DNA of 63,059 nucleotides from Bacillota bacterium (GCA_030705825.1 JAUZPR010000005.1:1-63059), one strand, 5' to 3'. Shown: positions 18,678 to 29,486, counted from the stretch's first letter. Notes: a model not told the origin generated them from the sequence alone. Program-made: numbers and translations.

Positions 18678-21002
18678 ATGGATAATCGCTTAAATGCGAG
18701 GCCAAAAATCGCTTTTTTTCAATCCGATCTGGAGGGTGCTTTTTCCGACACACTCAGTAAAATTGCTATTGCCTTATCTGAAATATTCGATGTAAATTTG
18801 TATATTTTCCCCGGAAAACCTTTAAAGCCCGTTGATAGCTATGATTACCAATATAACGTCATATATAATTATGCAACCAAAAACTCTGTAGACGCAATAA
18901 TTCTGGCATCAGGCACCTTGGGCAAATATGCTTCGAATACTGAATTAAAGCAATTTGTCTCTAAATTCAAATCCATTCCTGTCATAAGTACTGCAGTTAA
19001 AGTCAATGGTGTACCAAGTATTACAATGGACAACTATTATGGACTTAAGCAGGGAATCAACCACTTGATAAAAGATCACGGCAAACGTAATATTGCTTTT
19101 ATCGGAGGGCCTAAAAAAAGTCATGAGGCAGAGTCCAGGTATTTGGCCTATATTGATGCTTTAAAGGAAAATGATATAAAATTTGATCCAAGTTTGGTTT
19201 ATGAAGGTGATTTTTCTTCAATTTCAGCTGTTGAAGCCATACATACTTTTATTGATATAAATAAAAAATATTTTGATGCTCTGGTTGCTTCAAATGATAA
19301 CATGGCTCTGACTGCCATTACGGAACTGAACGCAAGAAATATCAAGGTTCCTCAGGATATATGTGTAATCGGGTATGACAACACTAATGAATCACAGAAC
19401 TCATCCCCTGCTTTAACAACTGTCAGGCAGCCCTTGTTTGAAATGGTAAAGAAAGCCTTTCAAATGGCATTACAAATGATAAATGGTACTGTCATAAATA
19501 ATGATATTGTTATGTCATCTGAATTAATTATAAGAGAATCCTGCGGCTGTTCATCAAAAATAATGAATACTGCAGCCGGATCTACTGTTCCGGGTATAAC
19601 CCATGAAAAAAACGATCCCAGATACTTAGCTGATAAATTTATTGAAGCCCATATTGAAAACCTGCATAATACATCAATAATAATAAAGGGTTTTTATGAT
19701 TTTGTATTCCAGTTTATTGATTCAGTCCATAAAAACGCCTGTACCTCAGACAATCTGGATACTTTATTCAAAGCTTTTAAAAATATTTTTAATTTTAATA
19801 AAATTCCTGAAGACAATATCACTAAAATTCATGATATTGTCTCAGACCTTACTGATAATATCCGTAGTATTGAAGGTTTTGTTAAAAACCAGAAGGTTTG
19901 GAATGATTTCATTAACGCACTGCATATTTTTATTACCGATTCAGTAATCAAATGCAAAAACAGCAGATGGATGTTATACCATTATGATATCCAATACTTG
20001 AGGCAAACATTAAACCGAATGATTTCAACCCTTACAAGCATTGAAGATCTTTTAAAATCAACTGTACCTGGTTTGAAGCATCTTGGTATAAAAAGAATGT
20101 ATATATATCTTTATAATCATGAAATAGTACATAATTTTGATTGTATATGGAAAAAACCCGACAAGCTTAATTTGGCATTTGCTTATGAAAAGGAAAGGAT
20201 TCTTGACTTAAATAACATCCAAAGACAGATTCCCAGTGATAGATTGTTGAATAATGAATTGATTCAAATTAAAGAGAAGCATACCATATTGATTAATCCA
20301 ATTTTCTTTATGGAGGAGCAGCTAGGCTTGATTTTATGCGAGCTTGATACCACCGACAAGTATTTGTTTGAATCCATAGTACTGGAAATCAGCTGTGCAA
20401 TCAAGCTGTCCCTGTTAATTAACAATTACAAGAAAACTACAGAAAAACTTATGGTTACAAAAAAGAGTCTTGAAGAACGTGGAAAAAACCTTAACACTCT
20501 ATCTTATACCGATTCTCTTACGAATCTTTATAACCGTCGTGGTTTTCTAAACATTGCAAGGCAAAGCCTCGACCTTGCTAAGAACATGGGACGTTCAGGG
20601 CATTTGTTTTTCCTTGATATTGACAGGTTAAAAGTAATTAATGATGCCTACGGACATGATGAAGGCGATAAAGCCATAAAGGCAGTAGCAGATATTTTAC
20701 GCAGAACATTCAGGAATTCAGACGTTATTTCAAGGCTTGGCGGAGATGAATTTACCATTTTGACAATTGATACTTATTCAGATTTGGTACCTGCCATTAA
20801 AAACAGGTTTGAAAATAATTTTAATTTATATAATCTAAATTCCGGCAACCCTTACAAATTGTCAGTAAGTATGGGAGTCTTACCCTTTAATACAGAAGAA
20901 AACATAACGGTTGAATATCTACTTAAAATTGCTGATACCCGTTTATATGAACAAAAAGTGCTTAAGAAAAACCATAGAATTGCTGAGCATACCGATGTAT
21001 AA
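18678..21002 (+). CDS. Cytoplasmic LacI-type sugar-binding (PBP1) domain, GAF-like middle region and GGDEF diguanylate cyclase
   Basis: No signal peptide, TM segment or HTH. PBP1 motifs (VASNDNMALTAI...VIGYDNT...LTTVRQP). C-terminal GGDEF (LYNRRGF, RLGGDEF) with intact I-site RNSD five residues upstream. Confidence 0.8.
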   Translation: MDNRLNARPKIAFFQSDLEGAFSDTLSKIAIALSEIFDVNLYIFPGKPLKPVDSYDYQYNVIYNYATKNSVDAIILASGTLGKYASNTELKQFVSKFKSIPVISTAVKVNGVPSITMDNYYGLKQGINHLIKDHGKRNIAFIGGPKKSHEAESRYLAYIDALKENDIKFDPSLVYEGDFSSISAVEAIHTFIDINKKYFDALVASNDNMALTAITELNARNIKVPQDICVIGYDNTNESQNSSPALTTVRQPLFEMVKKAFQMALQMINGTVINNDIVMSSELIIRESCGCSSKIMNTAAGSTVPGITHEKNDPRYLADKFIEAHIENLHNTSIIIKGFYDFVFQFIDSVHKNACTSDNLDTLFKAFKNIFNFNKIPEDNITKIHDIVSDLTDNIRSIEGFVKNQKVWNDFINALHIFITDSVIKCKNSRWMLYHYDIQYLRQTLNRMISTLTSIEDLLKSTVPGLKHLGIKRMYIYLYNHEIVHNFDCIWKKPDKLNLAFAYEKERILDLNNIQRQIPSDRLLNNELIQIKEKHTILINPIFFMEEQLGLILCELDTTDKYLFESIVLEISCAIKLSLLINNYKKTTEKLMVTKKSLEERGKNLNTLSYTDSLTNLYNRRGFLNIARQSLDLAKNMGRSGHLFFLDIDRLKVINDAYGHDEGDKAIKAVADILRRTFRNSDVISRLGGDEFTILTIDTYSDLVPAIKNRFENNFNLYNLNSGNPYKLSVSMGVLPFNTEENITVEYLLKIADTRLYEQKVLKKNHRIAEHTDV

Positions 21003-21025
21003 CCGACTAATTAAGGAGTCTTTTT

Positions 21026-23344
21026 ATGATTAATGATAAAAACAAAAGACTTACTATAGGTTTCTTTGTGGGAGGAAGGAACTCATCATATTCCGATCTG
21101 CTTTGCAGAGGTGCTATTGAGACAGCTGAAGAAAATGATGTTAATCTGGTAATTTTTCCCGGCAGAGCTTTGAAACCTGAGCTTTATTCTGATTACATGT
21201 TCAGATATGAATATCAGTTCAATGTCATATATGATTATGCCAGCAGCAAGAACCTGGATGCTCTTATACTTTCATCAGGTATGCTGAACAGTTACACTTC
21301 AAGTGAGGCATACAGTGAATTCTGTTCAAGATACAAACCCCTTCCCATGGTAAGCATAGCCTCTCCGGTCGAGGGTCTTCCCTGCGTTTTGATAGATAAC
21401 AGCTATGGTTTAAAACAGGGTATCCATCATTTGATACAAATTCACAACAGAAGAAGAATAGCTTTTATTTGTGGTCCGGAAAAAAACGGTGAAGCAGATG
21501 AAAGATACAATGCTTATGTTACTACGTTAAGAGAGAACGGAATTCCATTCGATCCGGATTTGGTTTGTCCGGGGGACTTTACCCGTTTTTCTGCTAAATA
21601 TGCAATACGACTGCTTAAGGATATAAGAAAAACAAAATTCGATGCTGTTGTGGCTGCTAATGATGATATGGCTATGGCTGCTCTTGAGGAATTAATATCG
21701 AGAAATATATCGGTTCCTGAAGACGTGAGTGTTATTGGTTTCGATGACTTTCCTGAAACAAGTTATTCAATACCAAGTCTGACTACTGTCCATCAGCCTA
21801 TTTATGAACAGGCAAGACTTGCAGTAAACATGGCATTGGATCTATTGAATGGTAAACCTGTAAATAATGAAGATCTAACTACGCAACTTGTAATAAGAGA
21901 GTCATGCGGATGTAATTCCAATGCCGTTAAAACTTTTTCAATAACGGAAAGCACTTCGGTAACGGGAGTTAATCCTGATATTTTATCTATTATTAATAAT
22001 TTCACAGAAGCAAATTACAAAAATATTTCTTCCGGAGTTTTTTGCGAAAATGGAATCAGGAATTTTATTCAAAAACTTTTTAATTATATAAGCAATGAGA
22101 AATTTGATGACTCATGTATAAATCAATTTGTACTTGAATTTAAAGCTTCAATCAATATGTCCGAAATTAATGACACGAACATTATGTTGATTCAGAACCT
22201 TGTCACCGTTTTAAGGAAGAATGTGACTTCCTTTAGTATGAGCGATTGTACTCTTACAAGCATTGAAGAATTATTTTCACTTCTCCAGAAACTAATTTCA
22301 GACTTGATTGTCAAATACTATGCAAATCATCTTGTATCTCATCATTATAATATTCAGTATCTGAGGATGCTGCTGAATAGAATGATATACAGTATTCATA
22401 AAAATGAAGAACAGTTAAATCCCATTAAAATTTATCTTAAAAAGCTAGGATTGGAAAGTTGCTATATTTTCCTTTATGATTATGAACTCACCCATATAAA
22501 AGGTGATGAATGGGTTAATCCTGAATTTTTCAACCTTGTAATGGGATATGATAAGTCGGGCATTTTTGATATTAATAAAATCAATACCCGTATTTGCTGT
22601 AGTGATGTATTAAACGCAGATCTCATTCCCGAGGACAGAAGATATACTCTTTTTATCAACCCTCTATTTTTCCTTGAAGAACAGATTGGTGTTATAATTT
22701 GTGAATCCAATCTTAACGATTATCATATTTTTGATACACTGGTAGTGGAATTAAGCTGCGCAATAAAGCTTTCCAGCCTGGCAAAAGCTAATGAGGAGCT
22801 GGAGAATCAGCTTATAGATTCAGTCATAGAACTTGAGCATTATAATCAGGTTTTGGACAGTCTTTCTCAAACAGATGAATTGACTAACCTTTATAACCGA
22901 CGTGGTTTTCTAAACCTGGCAGCGCAAAGTCTTGAACTTGCCAGAAACATGGGAAAAACCGGCCATCTTTTCTTCGCTGATATGGACGGACTGAAGAAAA
23001 TAAATGATAATTATGGACATAATGAAGGAGACAGTGCTTTGATAGCTGTAGCAGAAATATTAAGAAAAACCTTCAGAAAATCCAATATAATAGCAAGGCT
23101 TGGTGGTGATGAGTTTACCGTATTTTCGTTTGATACCAGCAATAAACTTATTCCAACAATTCAATCTAAACTTAATAAATACATAGATGAATATAACCAC
23201 AGTTCCGGAAAGCCCTATAAAATTTCAGTAAGTATAGGAGTTGTACCCTTTTCCTTTGAAGACAATGTTACAATAGAAAGCCTGATGCGTCAGGCAGACA
23301 GACTTTTGTACAAACAAAAAAATCTTAAGAAAAAATCAAGGTAA
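21026..23344 (+). CDS. Paralogous cytoplasmic PBP1 / GAF-like / GGDEF diguanylate cyclase
   Basis: Same architecture and length (772 versus 774 aa), collinear with the upstream gene. RLGGDEF is intact but the I-site position reads RKSN. Confidence 0.8.
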   Translation: MINDKNKRLTIGFFVGGRNSSYSDLLCRGAIETAEENDVNLVIFPGRALKPELYSDYMFRYEYQFNVIYDYASSKNLDALILSSGMLNSYTSSEAYSEFCSRYKPLPMVSIASPVEGLPCVLIDNSYGLKQGIHHLIQIHNRRRIAFICGPEKNGEADERYNAYVTTLRENGIPFDPDLVCPGDFTRFSAKYAIRLLKDIRKTKFDAVVAANDDMAMAALEELISRNISVPEDVSVIGFDDFPETSYSIPSLTTVHQPIYEQARLAVNMALDLLNGKPVNNEDLTTQLVIRESCGCNSNAVKTFSITESTSVTGVNPDILSIINNFTEANYKNISSGVFCENGIRNFIQKLFNYISNEKFDDSCINQFVLEFKASINMSEINDTNIMLIQNLVTVLRKNVTSFSMSDCTLTSIEELFSLLQKLISDLIVKYYANHLVSHHYNIQYLRMLLNRMIYSIHKNEEQLNPIKIYLKKLGLESCYIFLYDYELTHIKGDEWVNPEFFNLVMGYDKSGIFDINKINTRICCSDVLNADLIPEDRRYTLFINPLFFLEEQIGVIICESNLNDYHIFDTLVVELSCAIKLSSLAKANEELENQLIDSVIELEHYNQVLDSLSQTDELTNLYNRRGFLNLAAQSLELARNMGKTGHLFFADMDGLKKINDNYGHNEGDSALIAVAEILRKTFRKSNIIARLGGDEFTVFSFDTSNKLIPTIQSKLNKYIDEYNHSSGKPYKISVSIGVVPFSFEDNVTIESLMRQADRLLYKQKNLKKKSR

Positions 23345-23357
23345 TTAAGTATTTATA

Positions 23358-24518
23358 TTATTTTTTGTTAAAGCTTATATCAATATCAACAATTTCAGGA
23401 TAATTTCCTGTGCGAATAGGCGGACCCCAGGTTCCGTATCCTGATGATACAATTACATTATAACTGCCTTTTTTCATGATGCCCCAGTCGAGTTCATAAG
23501 TCAATTTCGTGATCAGGCCCAAGGGAAATATTTGACCTTTATGCGTATGCCCCGATAATTGAATATCTATTCCGCAATTTTGAGCCTCTTCCAGGTTATA
23601 AGGCTGATGGTCAAGCATTATTAAAGGCATATCTTTATCAAGATTATCTACAAGCTGTTTAATGGAAGCTCTTTTCCCTCCACGTTCTTCTACAGACTTA
23701 TCTTCTCTACCAATAACATAAAAGCTGTCCTCCACCTTGTCTACTTTATCCCTAAGCACATTTATTCCGGTTTTTTCAAGAACTTCAGTCAATTTATCTG
23801 CTTGACCGCTGTAGTATTCATGATTGCCCATTACTGCAAAAACTCCGTAACTTGTTTTAATCCCTGACAAGGACGCAGCCAGATAATTTTCCAATTCCCC
23901 GCTTATACCTTCATCCACCAAATCACCTACAACAAAAACAATCTGCGGATGTAAGGCAATAATCCGCCTTTTTAAACCATCAACCTCGGACTTGCCGGAA
24001 TTCAATCCAAGATGTATGTCTGAAACCATAACGGCATGGATATACTTCAAGGATGAGTTTTTATTGATGTTGACACTATATTTTTGTACTCTTGGGTTGT
24101 TTGCATTCCATGTACCGTAAACAAGAATGGAAATAACTATAATAAACACTGCAATGACACAAATAACCGAAGTATATTTATATTCCTTTATACCGGCAGG
24201 AATAAAATGAAAAAACCTGTCTGCTAATCTTATTAAATTAATAAAAATAATTATCATTAGAGAATAAAGAATAAAAGCCAGCCAGTAAGAACCGGTTAAA
24301 TTCAATATCTTGCCTATAGGGGCAGGAAGAAATTTGGATGGTATTCTGGCTAATAAATATGACAGGGATATAATCCAGAATAATATCCAAAACATCCACC
24401 TGTAAAGTGATTTGGGATTTTTACCGAATATTTTTAAGCCGTTTCGTCCTATGTAATAGTTTAGCAGCAGATATAATGCCGCTGCTGCCAATATAGTCAA
24501 CAAATACAAATATCTCAT
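23358..24518 (-). CDS. Membrane-anchored metallophosphoesterase (YkuE/YaeI-like)
   Basis: N-terminal TM helices, then calcineurin-like motifs SDIHLG, GDLVDEG, GNHEY, GHTH. Confidence 0.8.
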   Translation of the reverse strand: MRYLYLLTILAAAALYLLLNYYIGRNGLKIFGKNPKSLYRWMFWILFWIISLSYLLARIPSKFLPAPIGKILNLTGSYWLAFILYSLMIIIFINLIRLADRFFHFIPAGIKEYKYTSVICVIAVFIIVISILVYGTWNANNPRVQKYSVNINKNSSLKYIHAVMVSDIHLGLNSGKSEVDGLKRRIIALHPQIVFVVGDLVDEGISGELENYLAASLSGIKTSYGVFAVMGNHEYYSGQADKLTEVLEKTGINVLRDKVDKVEDSFYVIGREDKSVEERGGKRASIKQLVDNLDKDMPLIMLDHQPYNLEEAQNCGIDIQLSGHTHKGQIFPLGLITKLTYELDWGIMKKGSYNVIVSSGYGTWGPPIRTGNYPEIVDIDISFNKK

Positions 24519-24559
24519 ATGTAAAGACTCTATTCTCCTTGCTTTGTAACAATTGGTAG

Positions 24560-27500
24560 CTACATATATATAGTACCCAATTTAACAAGATTTTCAACTT
24601 CTTTTTCAGGCAATGGTTTGCTCAGAAGATAGCCCTGAACAATGTCACAATCGTTGTTACTTAGGAATTCGAACTGTTCCCTGGTTTCCACGCCTTCAGC
24701 AATAACAGATATGTCCATGACATGGGCTATTGCAATTACCGCCTTTGTTATAGCCTCCTGATTGTTGTCCTTCCCTATGTCATTTATAAATGCCTTATCT
24801 ATTTTCAACATATCAATAGGTATTCTTTTTAGATAATTCAAGGAAGAATACCCTGTACCGAAATCATCCAGTGATACTTTGATTCCCATGGCTTTTAAAG
24901 TATTAAGTGACCGTACGACAGATTCCAGATCCTGTATGGCTATACTTTCCGTAATTTCCAATTCAAGAAATTTAGGTTCGAGATCTGTTTCCTTCAGAAC
25001 ATCCTTTATGGTCGAAACTATATCGCATTGATAAAATTGTTTTACCGAAAGATTGACAGATATATTCACACGACCATATCCCTGATCTTGCCAATCCTTA
25101 ACCTTCTTACATGCTTTTCTAAGCACCCATTCCCCTATAGGAATTATCAAACCTGTTTCTTCCGCTATTGGTATGAATTTTGCCGGAGGAATCATTCCCA
25201 GCTTGGGATGGTTCCACCTGAGCAGTGCTTCAAGACTGACTATTTTACCTGTGTTTATATCCACCTGAGGCTGATAATGTATATCGAGCTCATCCCTTAC
25301 AATAGCATGCCTCAGACTTCCTTCCATTTCATAGCGTTCCTGGTACCTTACATTAAGAGATTCACTAAATACCTGATAGTTATTCTTACCAAGTTCCTTT
25401 GCATGATACATGGCCGTATCTGCATTCTTGAGCAGTGTCTGCTGATCATCTCCGTCATCCGGATAAACCGTTATACCAATACTTGCAGTAATGTAAAACT
25501 CACATCCGTCGAGAACAACCGGCTGCTGAAGCTGCTGTACTATTCTCTGTGAAATAAGTTTTGCCTCATCAACACTGGTTATCTTTTGCTGAAGTATAAC
25601 AAATTCATCACCGCTGAGTCTGGCAATAGTATCACTTTCTCTTATGCACGATTTGATAAGTTCTCCTATGTATTTAAGAAGTATATCTCCCGAAGCGTGC
25701 CCCAGTGTATCGTTAATTGTCTTGAAATTATCCAGGTCAAGGAAAAGCAGCGCTCCCTTGTATCCGTACCTTCTGGCCTGGTTAAGTGAAACATTTAAGC
25801 GATCGGAAAACAAAGTACGGTTTGGAAGACCTGTTAAAGAATCATAAAACGCCATAACCTGTATTTTTTCTTCTGCTTTCTTCCTATCGGTTATGTCTGT
25901 ATGGGATCCTGCTATTCTTATTGGTTTTCCGCTCTTATCTCGTATTGCCTGCCCACGGGTGAGGAACCACTTGTACTCGCCTGATTTGCTTCTGATTCTG
26001 TACTCTATTCTAAAATTAGGTATTACAGCCTCAAGATAATCATCCACTGTTTTCATAACCGGGTCATACTCATCCGGATGCAGCAAATCAAACCATGCAC
26101 TTGATTTATTTTTTATTTCCCAGTCCTCATAGCCCAAAATTTCCTTCCATCTTGATGAAAAATACATTTCATCGGTAATAACATTCCAATCCCAAAGGCC
26201 GTCGTTTGCGCCTTCAAAAGCCAGCCTGTACCTTTCCTCACTTGCAGTCAGGGCTTCCTGACTTGCTTGAAGCTGGATATACTGCTGCTTCAGTTCCTCT
26301 TCTGCAGCTGCAAGTTCCTCATGAGTAGCCTCAAGTTCGTCATAACTGTTCTGAAGCTTCATCTCCGCTTCCTTACGTTCTGTTATATCGTTTCCGGTAG
26401 TTAAAATTACTTCTACATTGCCATCTGAATCGTATATGATATTGTTGTTCCAAAGGACTGTAAGAATTTTTCCGTTTTTGCACATGATTTGAGTTTCATG
26501 GGCTTTATTCAATTCACTCATCACAATTTTTTCGTAAGCCTTTTTAGTAGATTCATAAATATTTTCAGGTATAAGAAAATCCAGCCAGCTTTTTCCCTTT
26601 ATTTCTTCTGTAGAATAGCCGGTAAGGTTTTCGGCAAATTTGTTCATCCTGATTATCTCACCGTTCTTATCGCCGACAATAATTATGATATTGGCTTCTC
26701 TAACTATACTGTCTGAAAAATCACGTTCCTTTTTGAGGAGAATTTCTGCGTTGACTTGTGCCGTGATATCATGGAATACAATAACCGTACCCTTGATTTG
26801 CCGGTTATTCTTAATGGGAAGAACTGATATTGATACAACATATTCAGTATCATTACCATCAGACAACTTTAACATCTTTTTTTTGAAATTTATCTCTTCC
26901 CCTTTTAGCAGGCTTTCCATAGGTATTTCCACCAACGAGTGTGTTTCTTCGGAATATAGCTTCAAAACTTCATTTATTTTTTTACCTATCAGTAAGGTAT
27001 CATCAAGATTCAGATACATTTGTGCCGTAAGATTTGCATAAATAATCCTGCCTTCATTATCTGCCGTAATTACTGAATCATCAATGCTTGATAATGTAGT
27101 TTGCAGCCACTCATGCTCTCTGAACAATTCCTTGTTTATCTTTAAAATCTTTCGTCTAAGAAAGCGTATTATGTATCTCAACGATATTAAAGAAACAAGA
27201 ACAAGCACACCTATAATAATTAAAATATTGCGCGTCGAAGCATAATAGTCCTCAGAGTGCGAAAGGAAATATTTCTGGTATAATTCTTCATATACACCGC
27301 TTCCCTTCAGGTCCTTAATCCTTTTGTTTATATACGTTACCAGGCCAGGACTGTCCTTGCTTACAGCATAAGCTAAATCTTCCGGAAAAAGTTTACCTTG
27401 TTGAAGGGTTATCAAACCCTTTGCATTTTCTAAAATCAAAGCATAATTTACAGCATTTTCATCCTCGAACAAAACCTCAATTTGATTAGAAACTAGTGCT

Positions 27501-27997
27501 CTTGTTGCACTTTCAATGTCTGGATATGTTTTATAAGTTTTAATACCAAGTTTATTTTTTAAAATACTTTCGGAGTTATGTGATCTCACTACGCCAATAC
27601 TGAAGTTCGACAGAGTATTCAAATTTACCTTTTTATAATTTTTGCGGGTGAAAATTCCAATATAAGTCTTAAGTACGGGATTTGAGAATAGAACATCGCT
27701 TTTTCTTGTATCATTGATTTCAATAAGTCCGCATGTATCGGCCATACCGGCTTTAATACTGCTGTATACGTCATCCCAGTTCCCTGTATATTCTTTTACT
27801 CCATAATCATAGCCGTTGAAAACAAGGGTTGTTAAATCAGCATCAAATCCTGTGGGATTATTATTGGATGAGTAACTATACGGGGGATAATTATTTTCGG
27901 CATAATAAGTAATATCCTTTTTCTGAGCATATATGGAACCTATGTTTAAAAGAAAAACCAATATTGCGGAAATCAGAATTTTAGATTTGAAATTCAT
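24560..27997 (-). CDS. Multidomain c-di-GMP protein: periplasmic solute-binding domain, TM, three PAS domains, GGDEF, EAL
   Basis: Signal peptide from MNFKSK (GGGGGA RBS before ATG 27997). SBP family-3-like domain and one TM. PAS repeats separated by a coiled coil. GGDEF variant RLSGDEF with I-site RESD. EAL domain (LEALLRW, DDFGTGYSS, EGVETREQ). Confidence 0.85.
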   Translation of the reverse strand: MNFKSKILISAILVFLLNIGSIYAQKKDITYYAENNYPPYSYSSNNNPTGFDADLTTLVFNGYDYGVKEYTGNWDDVYSSIKAGMADTCGLIEINDTRKSDVLFSNPVLKTYIGIFTRKNYKKVNLNTLSNFSIGVVRSHNSESILKNKLGIKTYKTYPDIESATRALVSNQIEVLFEDENAVNYALILENAKGLITLQQGKLFPEDLAYAVSKDSPGLVTYINKRIKDLKGSGVYEELYQKYFLSHSEDYYASTRNILIIIGVLVLVSLISLRYIIRFLRRKILKINKELFREHEWLQTTLSSIDDSVITADNEGRIIYANLTAQMYLNLDDTLLIGKKINEVLKLYSEETHSLVEIPMESLLKGEEINFKKKMLKLSDGNDTEYVVSISVLPIKNNRQIKGTVIVFHDITAQVNAEILLKKERDFSDSIVREANIIIIVGDKNGEIIRMNKFAENLTGYSTEEIKGKSWLDFLIPENIYESTKKAYEKIVMSELNKAHETQIMCKNGKILTVLWNNNIIYDSDGNVEVILTTGNDITERKEAEMKLQNSYDELEATHEELAAAEEELKQQYIQLQASQEALTASEERYRLAFEGANDGLWDWNVITDEMYFSSRWKEILGYEDWEIKNKSSAWFDLLHPDEYDPVMKTVDDYLEAVIPNFRIEYRIRSKSGEYKWFLTRGQAIRDKSGKPIRIAGSHTDITDRKKAEEKIQVMAFYDSLTGLPNRTLFSDRLNVSLNQARRYGYKGALLFLDLDNFKTINDTLGHASGDILLKYIGELIKSCIRESDTIARLSGDEFVILQQKITSVDEAKLISQRIVQQLQQPVVLDGCEFYITASIGITVYPDDGDDQQTLLKNADTAMYHAKELGKNNYQVFSESLNVRYQERYEMEGSLRHAIVRDELDIHYQPQVDINTGKIVSLEALLRWNHPKLGMIPPAKFIPIAEETGLIIPIGEWVLRKACKKVKDWQDQGYGRVNISVNLSVKQFYQCDIVSTIKDVLKETDLEPKFLELEITESIAIQDLESVVRSLNTLKAMGIKVSLDDFGTGYSSLNYLKRIPIDMLKIDKAFINDIGKDNNQEAITKAVIAIAHVMDISVIAEGVETREQFEFLSNNDCDIVQGYLLSKPLPEKEVENLVKLGTIYM

Positions 27998-28134
27998 TTT
28001 ATTCCCCCACACTAGTAAGCCGTGCTAATTGTTTTCAATATGGTTGCAAAAATATTAATTATTATATTTATAATTATAAAGTATTAAATCCATATTTCAA
28101 CATTTTTTTACAATTATCCGTATTTTAGCTAACC

Positions 28135-28148
28135 CGAACATATGTTTG
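28135..28148. promoter_or_regulatory. Candidate LexA operator (Gram-positive Cheo/SOS box)
   Basis: CGAACATATGTTTG versus consensus CGAAC-N4-GTTCG (differs at the 3' end). Overlaps the -35 of the promoter below. Confidence 0.55.
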
Positions 28149-28174
28149 CTTTATTTAAATCCCTATGTTATAAT
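28146..28174 (+). promoter_or_regulatory. Candidate sigma-A promoter of the radical-SAM operon
   Basis: TTGCTT, 17 nt, TGTTATAAT (extended -10), about 30 nt upstream of the GGAGG RBS. Confidence 0.5.
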
Positions 28175-28205
28175 TTAGAAGTAAATTATAGCTGGAGGTA
28201 AAACC

Positions 28206-29486
28206 ATGGATATAATGGATAAGCTTCAGATATTATCTGCTGCTGCAAAATATGATGTTTCATGCTCTTCCAGTGGAAGCAGCAGAAAAAACATGCCCGG
28301 CGGTCTGGGAAATGGACACCAAAGCGGTATTTGCCACAGTTTTTCCGAGGACGGAAGGTGCATATCGTTATTGAAAATCTTATTTTCCAACGACTGTATT
28401 TTCAATTGTGCTTATTGTGTAAACAGGTCAACCAACGATTTACCGAGAGCATCCTTCACTCCTGAAGAAGTTGTGCAACTCACCATGAATTTTTACAGAA
28501 GAAATTATATAGAAGGTCTTTTTTTAAGTTCTGCAGTAGTTAAAAACCCTGATCATACTATGGAACTAATGGTAAATACTATTGAAAAGCTAAGGCTGGA
28601 ATACCGCTTTAACGGATATATCCACTTAAAGGTCATTCCTGGTGCAAATCCTAGCTTAATATCAAAAGCCGGGCTTTATGCAGACAGGTTGAGTGTTAAT
28701 ATTGAACTGCCATCCAATAAGAGTTTAAAGCTTCTTGCACCTCAAAAAAACACCGATTCAATATTAAAACCCATGAATTTAATTAAGACCGGGATTATTC
28801 AAAGAGCCGAGGAACACAAGAGTTTCAGGAGAGTCCCGGCTTTTGCACCGGCAGGCCAGTCTACACAGCTTATAGTTGGTGCTACACCTGAAAATGATTT
28901 AAGCATTTTGAGACTTTCCGAAGGCCTTTATAACAGATATAAGCTTAAAAGGGTATATTATTCGGCATATGTCCCTGTTTCTTCAAAGTCGCTTATTCTT
29001 CCGAATTCAGCTCCTCCTTTGCTGCGTGAGCACAGACTGTATCAAGCCGATTGGCTGCTAAGGTTTTACGGCTTCAAGGCTGATGAAATCTTAAATGAAA
29101 GTTTTCAGAATCTTGATATTTCTCTTGACCCCAAATCCGATTGGGCACTCAGAAATCCAGGGATTTTTCCGTTGGAAATCAATAAGGCAGATTATCAAAT
29201 GATACTGAGAATTCCCGGTATCGGTGTAAAAACTGCTCAAAGAATAGTAGCAGCAAGGCGTGTTCAGAAACTTGACTATGATGACTTGAAAAAGATGGGT
29301 GCGGTACTAAAAAGAGCCCGGTACTTTATCACCTGCAAAGGAAAATATCATGGTGGAATCAATCTTGATTCCGAGCTTGTAAGATATGGTTTATCAGCAA
29401 GTTTTAAATTGGAAGAAGCCAATAACTCAAATTGGGAACAAATATCGATGTTTCAGCCGGTTCCCGCATTAAGTGCATCATATTAA
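28206..29486 (+). CDS. Putative DNA modification/repair radical SAM protein (TIGR03916-type)
   Basis: CIFNCAYC (CxxxCxxC) cluster motif and C-terminal helix-hairpin-helix LRIPGIGVKTAQRIV. Paired with the TIGR03915-like gene. Confidence 0.75.
   Translation: MDIMDKLQILSAAAKYDVSCSSSGSSRKNMPGGLGNGHQSGICHSFSEDGRCISLLKILFSNDCIFNCAYCVNRSTNDLPRASFTPEEVVQLTMNFYRRNYIEGLFLSSAVVKNPDHTMELMVNTIEKLRLEYRFNGYIHLKVIPGANPSLISKAGLYADRLSVNIELPSNKSLKLLAPQKNTDSILKPMNLIKTGIIQRAEEHKSFRRVPAFAPAGQSTQLIVGATPENDLSILRLSEGLYNRYKLKRVYYSAYVPVSSKSLILPNSAPPLLREHRLYQADWLLRFYGFKADEILNESFQNLDISLDPKSDWALRNPGIFPLEINKADYQMILRIPGIGVKTAQRIVAARRVQKLDYDDLKKMGAVLKRARYFITCKGKYHGGINLDSELVRYGLSASFKLEEANNSNWEQISMFQPVPALSASY

Noticed and set aside
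14520-28205. c-di-GMP (GEMM-type) riboswitches in the leaders of the GGDEF/EAL-rich region
   Set aside because: No ACGCAAAGC-type GEMM core or paired-helix architecture was recognised in the intergenic regions at 14517-14811, 18446-18677 or 28013-28205.
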